A stretch of DNA of 63,803 bases, the filler included, from Nemertoderma westbladi (taxonomy: Eukaryota; Animalia; Xenacoelomorpha): assembly GCA_032718475.1 (NCBI GenBank). It is 3 parts of 3 records of this genome, joined end to end, with 100 filler letters (N's around TTAATTAATTAA, not from the genome) between each part and the next. Parts side by side here need not be neighbours in the genome. Positions count along the whole stretch, not along the records: positions 1 to 24,619 come from JAUCBJ010000881.1; 2 more parts are not named here. One strand, given 5' to 3'. The notes beneath the pieces are model-generated. The model was not told the origin of the DNA. It did not search any database and saw only the letters and a list, made by a program, of their open reading frames with translations. The position numbers were made by a program, and so were the translations under genes. Position 1 is the stretch's first letter; every line of letters starts with the position of its first letter. Positions 1 through 12,966 of the stretch are shown in pieces.

Positions 1-78
1 GTTTCGTCTTAGGAAGGTATAATTCGCCAATTAACAGTTCAGAAGGAGTGTCATATGACTGGGGCTTCACCTCAAATG
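1..78 (+). CDS. Possible internal exon of an unidentified host gene (FVLGRYNSPINSSEGVSYDWGFTSN)
   Basis: Frame 3 is open from the window edge to a consensus donor G|GTAAGT at 78/79; no recognisable homology. Confidence 0.3.
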
Positions 79-429
79 GTAAGTGTTTACGTATATAGAG
101 TGCAACCCCCCCTCCATTCCCAGTTCTGTCTCTCCTATATATATCATATCCATCAATATTTACTTGTTGGTTTGTTATTGAGTTATTATATTATTGAGTT
201 ATTATATATTGTTGTTTGTTACATCGGCATAGCATAGACCTAATAACAATACAACAATAGAGTACTGTCAGACTGTAGTTAAAATAAATAGACAAATTCA
301 GCCCCGGTTGCCGGTATTACAGTATTATGGTGAAGTGATTTGACTGTTTGAAGAATTGTAAATGAGAAACAAATGCGAGCGTAGCGAGCGAAATTTTTTT
401 GTGTATTTTCGTGATTTCAATTAATTTGT

Positions 430-600
430 GGTGCGCATCAGAGGCAGAGCTGCGCGCTGAGGCGCAACGCGCACCTGTCTCACCCGACTGCCCGAACGCG
501 CACCTGTCTCACCCAAACGCGCAACGCGCATCTGGTTTACGGTCATTCGCGCAGCTGCGCAGGTACGCGTCCGAGTTTTGCAGCATGAATTCCAACCTGG
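430..600. mobile_element. Right end of a non-autonomous DNA transposon (same family as the 68-bp MITE at 54251)
   Basis: GCGCAGGTACGCGTCCGAGTTTTGCAGCATGAATTCCAACCTGG matches the right half of the 54251-54318 element; subterminal repeats AACGCGCACCTGTCTCACCC. Confidence 0.65.
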
Positions 601-606
601 GCGCCA

Positions 607-3572
607 CCCGGGTTGAGATTCTTAGTATATTTCCTAAGTTCTAAACAAGTCTGCTTAGAAAGGCTTAGAACGCTTAGCAACGCTGGTGCAAAGGGTGAGT
701 AAAGTACTTAACAAATTTTCCAATTTCATAAAAAGGACATTGCAAGTTTATAATGTTTAGCAAGTTGTTGCTATGTGACTGACAAGTATTACAGGATATA
801 TAAACGTGCTTTATATGTAACCGATGATATATGCAAGCACTTTGCAAGTGTAATGAACTAATAACATGCGCATTACAAATCTAGCATATATCTGTATCTT
901 ATATATTCCCGGCACTAGTTCGAACCTGCGTCGCAAATTTTTTTAAGTAATAATTATTTTTGAAAAATAAATGTTGTGGGAAGAGTGGCGGTTAGCTTTC
1001 GAATGAAAGTAAATGATGACCCCACCCCCCCTCAGAGACAAGAGAAACAACACACGGAACATCATAGTGAGTGATGTACTGTATGCTATGCACTTGTGTT
1101 TGGTTTGATACTCTTTGTTGCAACCCCCCCCCCCCCCCCCCCTCCCCCATGACATATGTAAACAAATTAATACAGAGACTCAATGTTTTTAATATAAACA
1201 ACATATAAACAAACATATTATTACTGTACGTTACATAGATATATACACATCAGATATAAACGCGCAAATACTGTAGGTCTACATTAAAACACAGTTACGT
1301 CGGAAAAATTTATCCAAAAAGTTCAAAAATGGTATTCCTAATTTCTGTTTATGCAATAAAACTATTTAATTCAAATTTGTAATCTTATCAAGCGCTACAG
1401 TAGATTACGATTTGAGCACGAAATAAAATAGAAAATTTATCACCCGTCATATAAAGTTACCAATAACATCATCATATTATATTATAACTATATGGATTGC
1501 AGCAATTGTATTTTGAACATTAGGGTTAACTTTTCCCAACGAAAATAGTGGTTCAATGAATAAATTAAAATTAGAAATACATACACAGAAACATTAAAAA
1601 TGATTTTAGACATGTTCAAAATCATTAATACAAGGAATTCCAAATAATGAAGTGCTACGGCTACCATTCATAGTACTGGTATTGTAACACGATATACAGT
1701 AGATATAAGGTTATTATTGAGATTAGATGCAGGATAACTAGCGGTTCATTGTGGTGGTCCAGTTGAATTTTAGGGCATTTTTTTTACAATTTCGTTACCG
1801 GTACTACCCGGTGTCTGTGAGAAAAGACGGTTTCCTTGGGAAAATGTCTGGAAAACACAGAATAAAAAATCAGGGAAAATATTTTTAAAGTAGGCCTACT
1901 TTTTTATCTTCATTTTGTTATTTTTTATTGGGAGCTGCCGCTCCCATACCCCAGACCCCCGTTTAGTACAATGAAACGGCTTTAACAATAATATAATATA
2001 AAGCAAAATTACAATTAATATTATACTCTGAGAGTTTTACAAGAACCTACAGTAACTATAATGCCAAATAGATAACACAGATACAAATAAGAGAAAGCAC
2101 AACACATTACATAGTTTTACAGATTCAGTTTACAGCGTCAGACGAGTGGAGTGATCGGCAATCCAGCTCCATCCTCCGTACGCCAGACCACTGTGCCACT
2201 TTAGCCTCGACTCCCTGATGCAATGAGAAGCCCCTCGAACTATGGCGAACTGCACACGGCGGCGAACCCACTCCATGACGGTGCTATAAGGTCTGTCCCA
2301 GTTGTGGTGTAACCTATCAGCGAAGATACTCGGGAGCTTGTTGGCATGCGGTGCCAGAACTCCATTCTACGGAGAGACAAGAGACTACGAAGGGTGCAAA
2401 GTCCGCTCACCTCTGTCTCGCTGGTTCCACATATAGTGCGGTTTTAGCGTCCTCCACAGATTCTAGGACCCTCATCGGGGGGCGTCCCGCATATGGCTCG
2501 GCGTCAATGTTTACGACCCTGATATCTAACAACGCCTGAGTCTGCCGGTTGAATGCCCCCGAACTCATACATCACACCAAGTCCTGCCTCTCCACTTAAT
2601 CCAGGCTGGTCTCTGACTATGGGTTCCGACTGTCACGTTTCGTGGTCCAAATGCTAGAGAGGCCAGATCCCCAACAACATCACGGAGTTCAATATATGTC
2701 TTTGGATTATGAGGCCTTTTTTAAATTCCAATTCTTCCAAAGTCAATTGTTATTAATCCAATTTCACTAACATTCAAATAATTTGAATTTTAATTGTATC
2801 AATTAGGCATTAATTCAAATAAATTGTCAATTAGCAACAATCGGACAATTAGGCAAACCATAAATATTTCATTAACGATATAGACAGTACAAACAAAACA
2901 AATAAACAATAAACAAAACAAGTATACAACAGGCACTAAACAATTAAAGATTACAAAACTCTATAAAGAATAACAAAATTAAAGAGTACAAAATACAATA
3001 AACAATTTAATTGAAGTAAACAAACAGCAATAAAACTACCAGTATAAATTAAAGTAACAAAACGCTATACACTATTTATTTAAGTAAGCAAAACTCATTA
3101 AACAATTAAACGTAAATAAAGAAAACTCAATAAACGCAACTCTGCAGTAGGCCTACTGACCACAAAATGACTGAATGAGTCATTTATTGGCGGTGGATCA
3201 TGTGACTGATTTTTAATTGCAATGCGTGTCAAGCACCACTAAAGTTCTTATTAAATTTTTGTCAAGTTATAAAGTCAACGAAAGTATGTTCTAGGTATAC
3301 AAAATTTGTTAAAAATTTGCTAAGTGCATTGCATGATTATAAAGTCATCGAAATTATATTCTAGGTATACAAAATTTGTTAAGAATTTGGTAAGTGCATT
3401 GCATGATAAGTGCCCACCCAAATATTTCTTAAAATCTATACTGTACTTGGCAAGTATTTTTTAATTCCTTAACAAATAATGCAAAATGTGGTAATTGTAA
3501 AAATTTAGTAAAATTATCATGCCAGTACCTTGCCATTGTACTTTACTAATATGATACGATTCTCAACCCGGG
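607..3572. mobile_element. Non-autonomous TIR element, EnSpm/CMC-like, carrying a LINE fragment
   Basis: Imperfect TIRs CCCGGGTTGAGA (607-618) and TCTCAACCCGGG (3561-3572); 2-bp CA duplication at 605-606 and 3573-3574. Confidence 0.55.
2125..2715 (-). pseudogene. Degenerate 3' end of an RLE-type (CRE-like) non-LTR retrotransposon
   Basis: Minus strand reads ..ELRDVVGDLASLAFGPRNV..QALLDIRVVN..VQFAIVRGASHCIRE with stops/frameshifts; paralogous to 56869-57873. Confidence 0.8.
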
Positions 3573-4055
3573 CATCCAGCAGATAGATCAGAAAAAATGG
3601 GTTATATTGATACTCGCAAGCACAGATTCAGATACAGGCTGTCTTTCGCTGTCAGTCAATACCGGTATGCGGTACCAGACTGCCAGACTACACACTGAGA
3701 CTACCAGAGCTGCAGAGTACAACGAACTGACTGACTGACGTAAGCCAGTAAGCTGGTGGTGGTGGTAGCGGTAGCGGCAGCCTACCAGGACAGCAGGACA
3801 GGACAAGTACATCCAGTAGAGTAGGCAGGCGGTACAGTACAGTACCGGTACTACAGAGGTAGGAGGGGTAGGACAGTAGGAGATTTCGCGCAGTATTTCT
3901 ACTGTGGGCGCCAATCTCGCGCAGAATTTCTGCTGCGCGCGCCAATCTCAAAGTTCACATATATGGCGGGATTAGCTATGCAGGGAATACAACGTTGATC
4001 ATAATCTCAGGAAAAACTATACTACTAAAACTATAACTATACTACAAGATACTCA

Positions 4056-4925
4056 ATGGAGGAACTGAAGTCTATCGTCGAGACGCAATGGAACTTCCTC
4101 GGACCCGGACTCCCGTTTAACTTATCTGAAGCTGCCTGGGAAGACTTATACAGGATGGGAGTAGTGAAGGACACTCGAGATCCAGCTGTGTGGAAGAGGT
4201 CGGCAGCAGGATATGTCCAGGGATTCTTCAGCTTTTTGGAGCGTTTAGAGGAACACCTGTTTCAACAACCTCACGGACCTCAAGAGCAGGGAGAGCTGCT
4301 TTATCAAGTTCGAGAACGAATTCTACGGATCAGACTAATCCTTTCAGGCTTTGAGAAAGCCTCGAAGAGAAGCTAAGACACGTCGTTGCAAGTCGCCGTA
4401 AAGACTTGGTTCCAACGAGTGAGTCTTAAAGTCCAAGGAACGACACAATGGAAAATTCAGCTAACCGAGCGCTCGACCCAAGGAGAATCAACAGACGCTG
4501 TCTTTTCTCAAGTGGAAAGCGAAGTTACGACAGAAAAACCTCAGAAGAAGGACGCTATTGACATCTATCTGTCGGACTATCAACGATTTATAGGTGACGA
4601 AGAGTTAAGGAGGCGGCTAGCTGGACTTCACCCTAAGAGTGAGGGAGCCAAATTTGTGTTGGACGCGTTAGATGCCGAAATGTTAGCCGCTGAACAGGCT
4701 AAATATGATGAAAGCATCCGCATCGCTAGGGAACAGGAAGAACAATTAAAGAAAAAACGAATAGAAGACAGAAAGGCAGCAGCAGCGGCAGCGGCTGAGG
4801 CTGAAAGAAAGGCGGCAGCGGCAGCGGCTGAGGCTGAAAGAAAAGCGGCAATGGCAGCGGCAGCGGCTGAGGCTGAAAGAAAGGCGGCAGAGGCAGAGGT
4901 ACCTAAAGAGGTGAGGTCTCTATAG
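4056..4925 (+). pseudogene. Gag-like coiled-coil ORF with one in-frame stop (4374-4376)
   Basis: ORFs 4056-4376 and 4386-4925 share a frame; AAEAERK repeats resemble the N-terminus of the BEL gag at 30279. Confidence 0.45.
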
Positions 4926-5321
4926 GGGTGCCACTAACAGGCGGCGGCGGACTCATGAGGGTCTGGGGGCACGTTAAATCGTCTCTAAGTGCAAGGGAGA
5001 TACTGAAGGCCCTCGTGTCTTACGAACCATGAATCAACATGGTGCCGTGGTACCGTCTCGGCCTGTTGCCGTACTGCTAGTCCTGTACACAGTAGGGGTG
5101 GTGGCTTAGTGTGATCTGTGGTTTATGTGGTAGGTCTATGTTTGGTATGTATGAGTTGACTAGACTCTTTACTGTCTCCAATCGGCTACTGAAACGTGTC
5201 TTTTCCCAGGGTAGCACTATTGGAATGGAGGTGTTGCATCAGAATGGGCAGGATTCTGATGATTCTGTTGGTACTACTATTGGAATTGAGGTAGCACCCG
5301 GAATATCTGCTGCAAGGATGT

Positions 5322-7340
5322 CTGCGTTGTCCAGATAAGAAAATACCACCATCTGACGACTTATAGTCTTTAGCTCTACAGCTCTATAAGTACTACGTTA
5401 TGTACCCGGAGTGTCCTTACCTAGAAGTTAATTACCGCAGCCAACCAGAGCTAACGTGCCTATTAACCACTTTACAACACAAATATACTGCCTACAAACT
5501 AAATTACTTTCGGAAAGTACTGTACTCTAAACCCTAAATTAGGTACAAGTACTTATACAACAAATAACCAGCAGTTAAATATACTTGAACAGCTAAAAGA
5601 ACCACGGTATCTGCTGGAGTGACTAGAGCATAAAATCACTAGTCTTTACCTACGCCAAGCAGCCCTGATGTAGTACCGGGGTTAATTTAACTATAACGGT
5701 ATGTATAACAAGCACAATTACTGTAGGAATAAACTTGGGGGGTATGTAGGTTGCGAATACTCGCATAAACTCTGAATAATAAATATTACGCTACCCGTGC
5801 AGACTATACAAACAAAATACAGACCAAATGCTGGCAGACCACTGTCAAGCCTAAATAAACTACAGTATATGCAGACTCCGAAATGGTTAGTTAGTATGCG
5901 TTCTAACCGAGTAGTACGACTTATTCTTTCGGGGGGATTTACCTTACAACACTGGATGCCCCTACTTTCCTAACTAGTACTTTATCGGACCTACACTCTA
6001 CACACACTGCAATCTCTTCAGACCTAACAACAGCCAGACAACAATCCAACCTATAAATTAATTATGCAATCTGAGTATTTGCTCAGTATTACACTTACAG
6101 ATAAATAAAACTGACAGGAATAAGTAAAATCCCAATAAAAAACCAGGGCTGCAGTCCCTGATTAAATATCAAGACCTACCAGTATATAATTATCAAAATC
6201 GAGCAATACTGTTGTACCTTTAAGTACCGGTTCGGGCAGTTGGGCAGTTAGGCCTACAGCTTACCGTTCGACCGGTACCTCGACTTTATTGCCTACGGTG
6301 CAATAAAGAAATTAGAAAATCTATTATTGTTCGCGCTTTCAGACCTTTAGCAGTTTAACCTGCCAATTTTAGGTGTCCTCTTGTTTATAAATCGACTTTG
6401 ACCTATAACAAATATTTAGTGCACATAAAGTAACATTAGCCGAAGCCAGTCTATGCGCGATAATTCACCCACGGTTAAGGGAGACTGGATTCGGATGCTT
6501 TGATTTTATTGCGGTGCAGGCCTACTGTATTATTCGATTGATCGTTACTATATAATCTCTGACAAATATTATTTACTTTCGGGGAAATACTAACAGTTCC
6601 TTTAGGACGTGGCGCTTTAAGTATATACAGAGTTATGACTTACACTAAACACAACGGGATGGCTATTGAGTTACGTAAATGGCGCATTCTTTAGGAGATG
6701 CTTTATTATCAGTCACACTACTGCACACGACTTCACACTACTTCACACTGATCTGCCGTCCGTCACTGAATTTGATCATGTATAAGGAGGATAGCAACTG
6801 ACACATGTAGGGATTATGAAATAGCATTTAATTCACACAAAAACCACTATAATGTAAGTCGCAGTTGCTACAGGTAACCAGTCCCTCTTACCTTCAGTAA
6901 TCAAGAAGATTGGGGTTTATGATTATTTATCGTTATTCTCCAAATATAACAAGATATCTCTCCATATACAACAATTAATAACAAACAGTAAACAGAAGAA
7001 AAATAATTGGTGCAAGGTGCAGTTTATGTTATGCAGTGTTCAGCACTGCAGTTTGCCAGGTGTGCCCCGTCTGATAATAGATTTACGTTTCTATAATCAA
7101 AGTCATCTAATGTTCCGGTCAAAGTCTGAAACTTCCACAGAAGTACAGAAGATTTCCAAGCCAGTGTTCTGCTGCTTGGAAAAAGGATGAATACTAACAC
7201 ACTGACATGCCTGGCACGGTTTACGTAGGCTCTTGTCCCACATGAAATGAAAATCGCTCTGATTGGCTGAGCCGAACAAAGAAAAAGGTTCCACGTTGGC
7301 AGTAAATCAGCTGACAGATTGCGTCATTTGAGTTCCGGTC
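5322..7340 (-). mobile_element. Diverged relative of the BEL-derived element: partial LTR (6328-~7340) plus 5' leader
   Basis: Reverse complement matches parts of 25560-27390 and 28880-29396; LTR 3' end ..AAAGCGCGAACA at 6328. Confidence 0.8.
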
Positions 7341-7379
7341 TTTTAGAGTATTAGTACTAGGACTTAGGACTAGTTAGGA

Positions 7380-9701
7380 AATCGCTCTCTAAGTATATAT
7401 CTGTTGTGAAAACACGTAGTCACAGGTTGCAGGCGATTAAAATTAATTCTCCTGGTGCTAATATTCTGTTATGTAATAGTTATTTACCGGTTGATTCTCG
7501 TTCGGCCTCAAATGTTTCCGATGACTTGTTATCTGTGCTTAACGAGGTACAGGAACTGATGGTAACATACAGAACATACAACCTTGTATTGGCCGGAGAT
7601 TTGAATACGGATTTTGGTAGAAATTCTGCCCATGTCCGCATGGTGAACTCATTTATACAGGATACTAATTTAAATATTCTGTGGAATACTTATGATGTAG
7701 ACTACACATACATGTCTGTTGTAAATAATTGTATATATTCATCAGTTATAGATCATTTTTTAGTTTCTAATAATGTTTTGCATTTTTGTACTTTATAGAT
7801 TATATTTAAATGTGTATTTTATTAAATTACAGTAGGAATTATTATTTTGATGATTATGTATAACATGTATATGATTAATATCAGGACGTAAAGTGGTGTT
7901 GTGCTGGTTAATAATTGTTTATCTCATTTATATATAATCTAACTTTATGTCAATAAACTAACTAACTAACTACTGAGGCAGGTGTAATACATCATGGTGC
8001 TAACTGCTAACTTATCTCAACATAGCCCAATCTACATGAAATGCAAGATAGGAAATTTGGATGACTCATTTCAAACATGGAATAGTGATAGTAAACCTTC
8101 TTTTACCAATGCCTCTCAGGAGCAAAAAAATTTGTATAAGGCAGATTTAAGATCTCTATTAGGTAATCTGGTGCTCGACTGTTGTGGTTGTAATAATATT
8201 AATTGTACTAGTGTTGACCATTTAAATGATTTACAGTTTTATGCCATCAATATTTTGGGAGCCATCGAGGAAGCCTGTTCTAATTTGCCATGGGTTGGTG
8301 GGGGTGTTATCGGGGGTGACTCCTCTGCACCTCAAACCTCTTTGCCTGGATGGAATGATCACGTTCGACCGTTTAAGGAGGAAGCCATATTTTGGCATAG
8401 TGTGTGGGTGTCGGCAGGTAGACCAAATGTGTCTCAGGGTAATCTTTTTCATTTACGTAGACAGTCCCGACTGCAGTATAAATACGCTGTCCGTCGGCTT
8501 AAGAGAAATATCGACTCTGTGCATAGGAATAAGTTTATGCAGGCGTGTTTCACATCCGATGTCGATGTTTTTGCTGAGATCAGAAAGCTTCGGGGTAATG
8601 TAAATGGGTTGAGTCACCTTATTGATGGGGAGACGACACCCACCTAGTGGCATCTCCGAGAAGTTCACTAGTATTTATTCCGAGGTTTTTAATCAAGGAT
8701 ATGATTCAGATTATTCCGAGGTTGATGAAAAACTCTCTGAGTTTCTTGCGGATGTTAACACTCGTTCTATAGTAATTACTCCTGAGTTGGTGTCAGCAGC
8801 TCTGGGTAAATTGAGGTCTGGTAAATCAGATGTAGAGGCTGCTTTCAACTCTGATTGCTTGAAGAATGCTTGTTCAGAGTTAACGGACCATTTGTGTATA
8901 TTATTTAACGGTTGTCTAATTCATGGGTATATACCAACATTTCTTTTGACAGCGTCTCTCGTCCCGATTATTAAGGACAAGCTGGGTGACTTTGCTTCAT
9001 CCTCGAATTATCGTGCGATTGCAATATCCTCACTAATATTAAAGGTTCTAGAATGGGTGATGATTCTATCCCAACAGGATTCGTTGTCTGTGGATGAACT
9101 GCAGTTTGGATTCCAGAAAGATTCGAGTACAACGTCCTGTACTTGGGCAGTCAATGAGGTTCTCTCATTTTATTCAAGGTTTGCTACACCAGTATTCGGC
9201 TGTCTTCTTGATTTATCGAAAGCATTCGACAAAGTTGAGTGGAAGAAGCTATTTCTCGAGTTACTTAAGAAGGGTTTTTCTCCGCTGTTCATTAGACTGT
9301 TATTATTTATATATAAAGAACAAATATGTTGGGTGAAATGGGGGTCGGAAACATCTAGGTCTTTCGGTGTATCAAATGGGGTGAGGCAGGGGTCAGTGGC
9401 CTCTCCTATACTTTTCAGTATTGTGATGGACACTTTAGTTCAAAAATTACGAGACTCAAACATCGGTTGTCATATTGGTTCATATTACTATGGTATTTTT
9501 GTTTACGCTGATGATATTATTTTGTTATGTCCTTCTTTATGCGGTTTACAGGAAATGATTAATATTTGTGCTCAATTTGCTTGTGAATTTAATATGACTT
9601 TTAGTACCGATCCCCACCCGAGAAAGAGCAAATCTAAGTGTATACCGTTTAATAGAGTATGGGTAGAACCTTCAGTTTGTGTTAAATTATATAGCCGCGA
9701 C
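7380..9701 (+). pseudogene. APE-endonuclease/RT non-LTR retrotransposon (RTEX-like, tentative), frameshifted and truncated by the Polinton
   Basis: EN motifs GDLN, IDHF, NLSQHSPI; RT motifs YRAIA, QFGFQ, LDLSKAFD, GVRQGSVASP, YADD; frameshift near 8640. Confidence 0.9.
7793..7970 (+). mobile_element. Short 5'-truncated retroposon 3' end inserted in the LINE EN domain
   Basis: AATAAA followed by a (CTAA)n tail; TACT duplicated at 7789-7792 and 7971-7974; the host reading FCT|EAGVIHHG rejoins across it. Confidence 0.55.
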
Positions 9702-10628
9702 AGTAGTAGGAGAAGCATAGGTCATCAATAACTCCTCCCTAGCTTGGGCTACGGCTCGCATCTCGGAGGCAATTAAAAAATGCCAAATTCCGGTGCTAAA
9801 TCGTGGTGTTTAATGACCATCTGTCACCATCAATATTGATTCGCGTCGTTGCCTTCAACCAATCGTTGCTTATCACCTACGCGTAGCCTAACCTCGCGAT
9901 GCCTGCCTTACTCGACAACTGTTACCACCCGCGAGTATTGATTCGCGTCGTTGCATCAACCAACCATCGCATATTCATCTTCGCGTAACCTAACTTCTCA
10001 TCGCATGGCTAGCCCCCACTACGCTATTATATCGAATCGATTGCCAACTCACCACCACCACCACCGTCGCTAGCCACGCACGGCTACTCCTCGACGGCTG
10101 TCGCCAAACCAATCAATCCAACCAACCAAGCGGCCTGCCTACCCCAACGCTATTATGATACGTGTTGAAATTCCGCCACGTTCTAGCTACACGTATACGA
10201 ATATTTCCATAGTTATTTCCTATCCACGCAACCAACCACTGTATACTGTATATGCTGACAACGTGGCCACCAACTACACGCATCACGCATATATTATATT
10301 ATATTGATTGCCAACTCCACGACTGCTGTCGCCAAATCAACAAACCAAGCAGTATGATACATGAGATTCCGTCACGTTCTAGCTACGCGTATACGAGCAT
10401 TAGTGATTATTACGCAATAATTTTTTTGTTTATACAGTAGTTACCCACCAGCTAATCAACCAATCAATAAACCGAATTTAGGCTATTTCTCAGTTTAAGA
10501 CCTGTATTATTTTTGAAAATATCTTATATATATAATCTCTTGCTTTAATCGCAATTAATCATTTGTAATGGTTTTAGTTTAAAAGTTTTTACTTTGTTTG
10601 TTTGATTTACAATAAAATAAATTAAATA

Positions 10629-11079
10629 ATGTCTTCTGATTCCAATATGGTTATGCCAATGGTAAGGCATTCATTTTTTGCAGAAGATGGTCAAGCCTAT
10701 ATTGTTATTGATTATACAATTTACCGTCAGGGAGATAGATGATAAATATAAAATTGAATTTTCTGAAAAAGCCAGGAAAGTTTTAAGCTCAATTGATATT
10801 GATGCTTCTGATAATAGTATTCATCTTTTAGATTACAACCTGAAAGCTGAGCATGGGGGAGGAAAATTAAGCAACATTTTACTATTATCCATGATAGAGG
10901 GATTTATTGTTATTACACAATACAACGAAGCTGGTGAAAAGTTTGAAATACGGCTAAATCGGCATAGCCCCTACGAAATTATGTCTTTCTTTATTGTAAT
11001 GATTTCAAAAGAATCCTTTGTCGAACCTGAAGAATCAGCGGATAATGTTGAATATGTTGATAATATCATTGATTCTTGA
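10629..11079 (+). pseudogene. Polinton accessory ORF of unknown function, probably frameshifted near 10720
   Basis: ATG 10629 MSSDSNMVMPMVRHSFFAEDGQAYIVIDYT overlaps a second frame reading TVREIDDKYKIEF..IIDS*. Confidence 0.5.
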
Positions 11080-11250
11080 CTTTTCCCTCTATATTATAAA
11101 TATTTTATGATTATATATAAAATTTTGTTGTTTTTAAATAATCGAAAATTGTAGTAGTATTTGTATATACAGTATAACAGTTTTGTTTGTTGTTGTTGTT
11201 GTTGTTGTGTATTGTGGTAATTATTTTCAATTTACTTTAAAATTTGGAAA

Positions 11251-11703
11251 ATGGATATTTTAAATGAAAAATGTCCAGTTTGCTATTCTAAGTTATTGCA
11301 ACAACATCGAGATTATTATAAATGTGAAAATAAACATGCAACTTGCGTACAATGTATTGCACAATATTCCGAAATGAATAATTATTGTTCTAAAATTTGT
11401 CCTATTTGTCGCGCACCCATATCTAAGTTTAATATAAAGTTGGCAAGATACCAACCCTATTATTGGAAAGAGCTTCGCAATATAACTTATATTTCTGCGA
11501 AAAGTAATGATCCGGGAGATTTATTTACAATATTAGAGAATATTTTTTATAGAAACGTAGTACGACGCTGTTGCTACTATATTCCTTATTTTTTTAGCAG
11601 CGAACATAAAAAAATCATTAGCGCGAAATTTTCGGGAAGTGATTTCCAATCCGCCGATGTTACCTATCATTATTTCGCGTATAAAGATGCTCACCATGCT
11701 TGA
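11251..11703 (+). CDS. C3HC4 RING-finger protein (putative viral E3 ubiquitin ligase)
   Basis: CPVC..C-ENK-H-ATCVQC..CPICR ligand spacing; intact, intronless 150-aa ORF. Confidence 0.75.
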   Translation: MDILNEKCPVCYSKLLQQHRDYYKCENKHATCVQCIAQYSEMNNYCSKICPICRAPISKFNIKLARYQPYYWKELRNITYISAKSNDPGDLFTILENIFYRNVVRRCCYYIPYFFSSEHKKIISAKFSGSDFQSADVTYHYFAYKDAHHA

Positions 11704-11919
11704 AATTACATCGGTCTATACTATAATTGGAAATAGTACCTTTTGCTGCAGCGAGCGTCACATACTGTAGCGGCGTCGTATGTTAATTAAATATACAGTA
11801 CTCTAATATTGTAGTTGCATCAATTATTGTTATATACATAGTAATGGTGTTGGTTTATTGATATTGATATTGATATTATATTATATTGTATTGTTGATAT
11901 ATCTTAATAATAATAATAA

Positions 11920-12570
11920 ATGGCTGACTTTAATTCAGGTCCATATAATTTAAATTTTCAAATGGGAACGAGTATGATAATTTCAGGGCCATCTGGCTCC
12001 GGAAAGTCTACATTTGTTGGCAATTTAATTAAACACAAGAATGGTTGTTTCAACGAAGCCCCCTTGCGAGTATTGTATTGTTACGGGAGCAATCCTCCGA
12101 CTATTCCTGGTATTACTCACCTTTACAAAGGCTTGCCTGAAAATATAGATAGTTTAGTGAATAGTCGAGATTTATTAATTATAGATGATTTGTTAACAGA
12201 AACTGAGTCCAGTACAGCTTTAACTGTATTGTTTACTAAGGTAGCTCATCATTCCAATATATTTATTTGTTTTATAACGCAAAACATGTTTTACGGTGGG
12301 AAGCATAACCGCACAAGATCAATTAATAGCCATACTTTAGTATTAATGAAAAATCTGAGAGATAGTCTATCGGTTTTAAATTTCGCGAAGCAGATGTTAC
12401 CAGGGCAGACCAAATTTTTAGTTGATTCCTATCAAGATGCGACAATTGAACCATTTTCACATTTCTTAATTGATTTACGACAGGAAACACCCGAACATTT
12501 AAGATTTAGATCTGATATATTTCGTAATCATAATTGTTACATTAAAAATTACACTGACTATAAACGTAGC
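11920..12570 (+). CDS. Polinton A32/FtsK-like DNA packaging ATPase (C-terminus continues at 17583-17612)
   Basis: Walker A GPSGSGKS, Walker B LLIIDD, AHH..FITQN; excising the LINE gives ..YKRS|ENNNNNNDK*. Confidence 0.9.
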
Positions 12571-12966
12571 ATTATTTATTTATTTATTTATTTATTTATT
12601 AACACGAAATCAAATTTAAAAAAAAAACAAAGCAACAGATATTAATACAAAATTATACACGAAATACATTTACTAAATATAAGTAAAATATTGTAATTGA
12701 GATATAAGATACATTATATGGTTCGAGGGAGAGGATACCTACCAGGCATATAGCACTTATGGTGGTCCATAATTAGTTTTAATGTGAAAAAAAGAATATT
12801 GAAATTGAAATTAAAATTAAAATTACACAAGGAATGTTGAAGAAAATTAAAAAGAACATTAAATTTAAAATAATTGGTTCAAAGTAAGAGAAAATATCCA
12901 GTTTGACCATTGGAAAAAAATAGAAAAAAAAAAAATAAAAACAATACTAACGAGATTAAATACATT

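Noticed and set aside
12571-12645. Hydrophobic ATPase C-terminus IIYLFIYLF
   Set aside because: Read-through into the LINE (TTTA)n tail; the true end is at 17583-17612.
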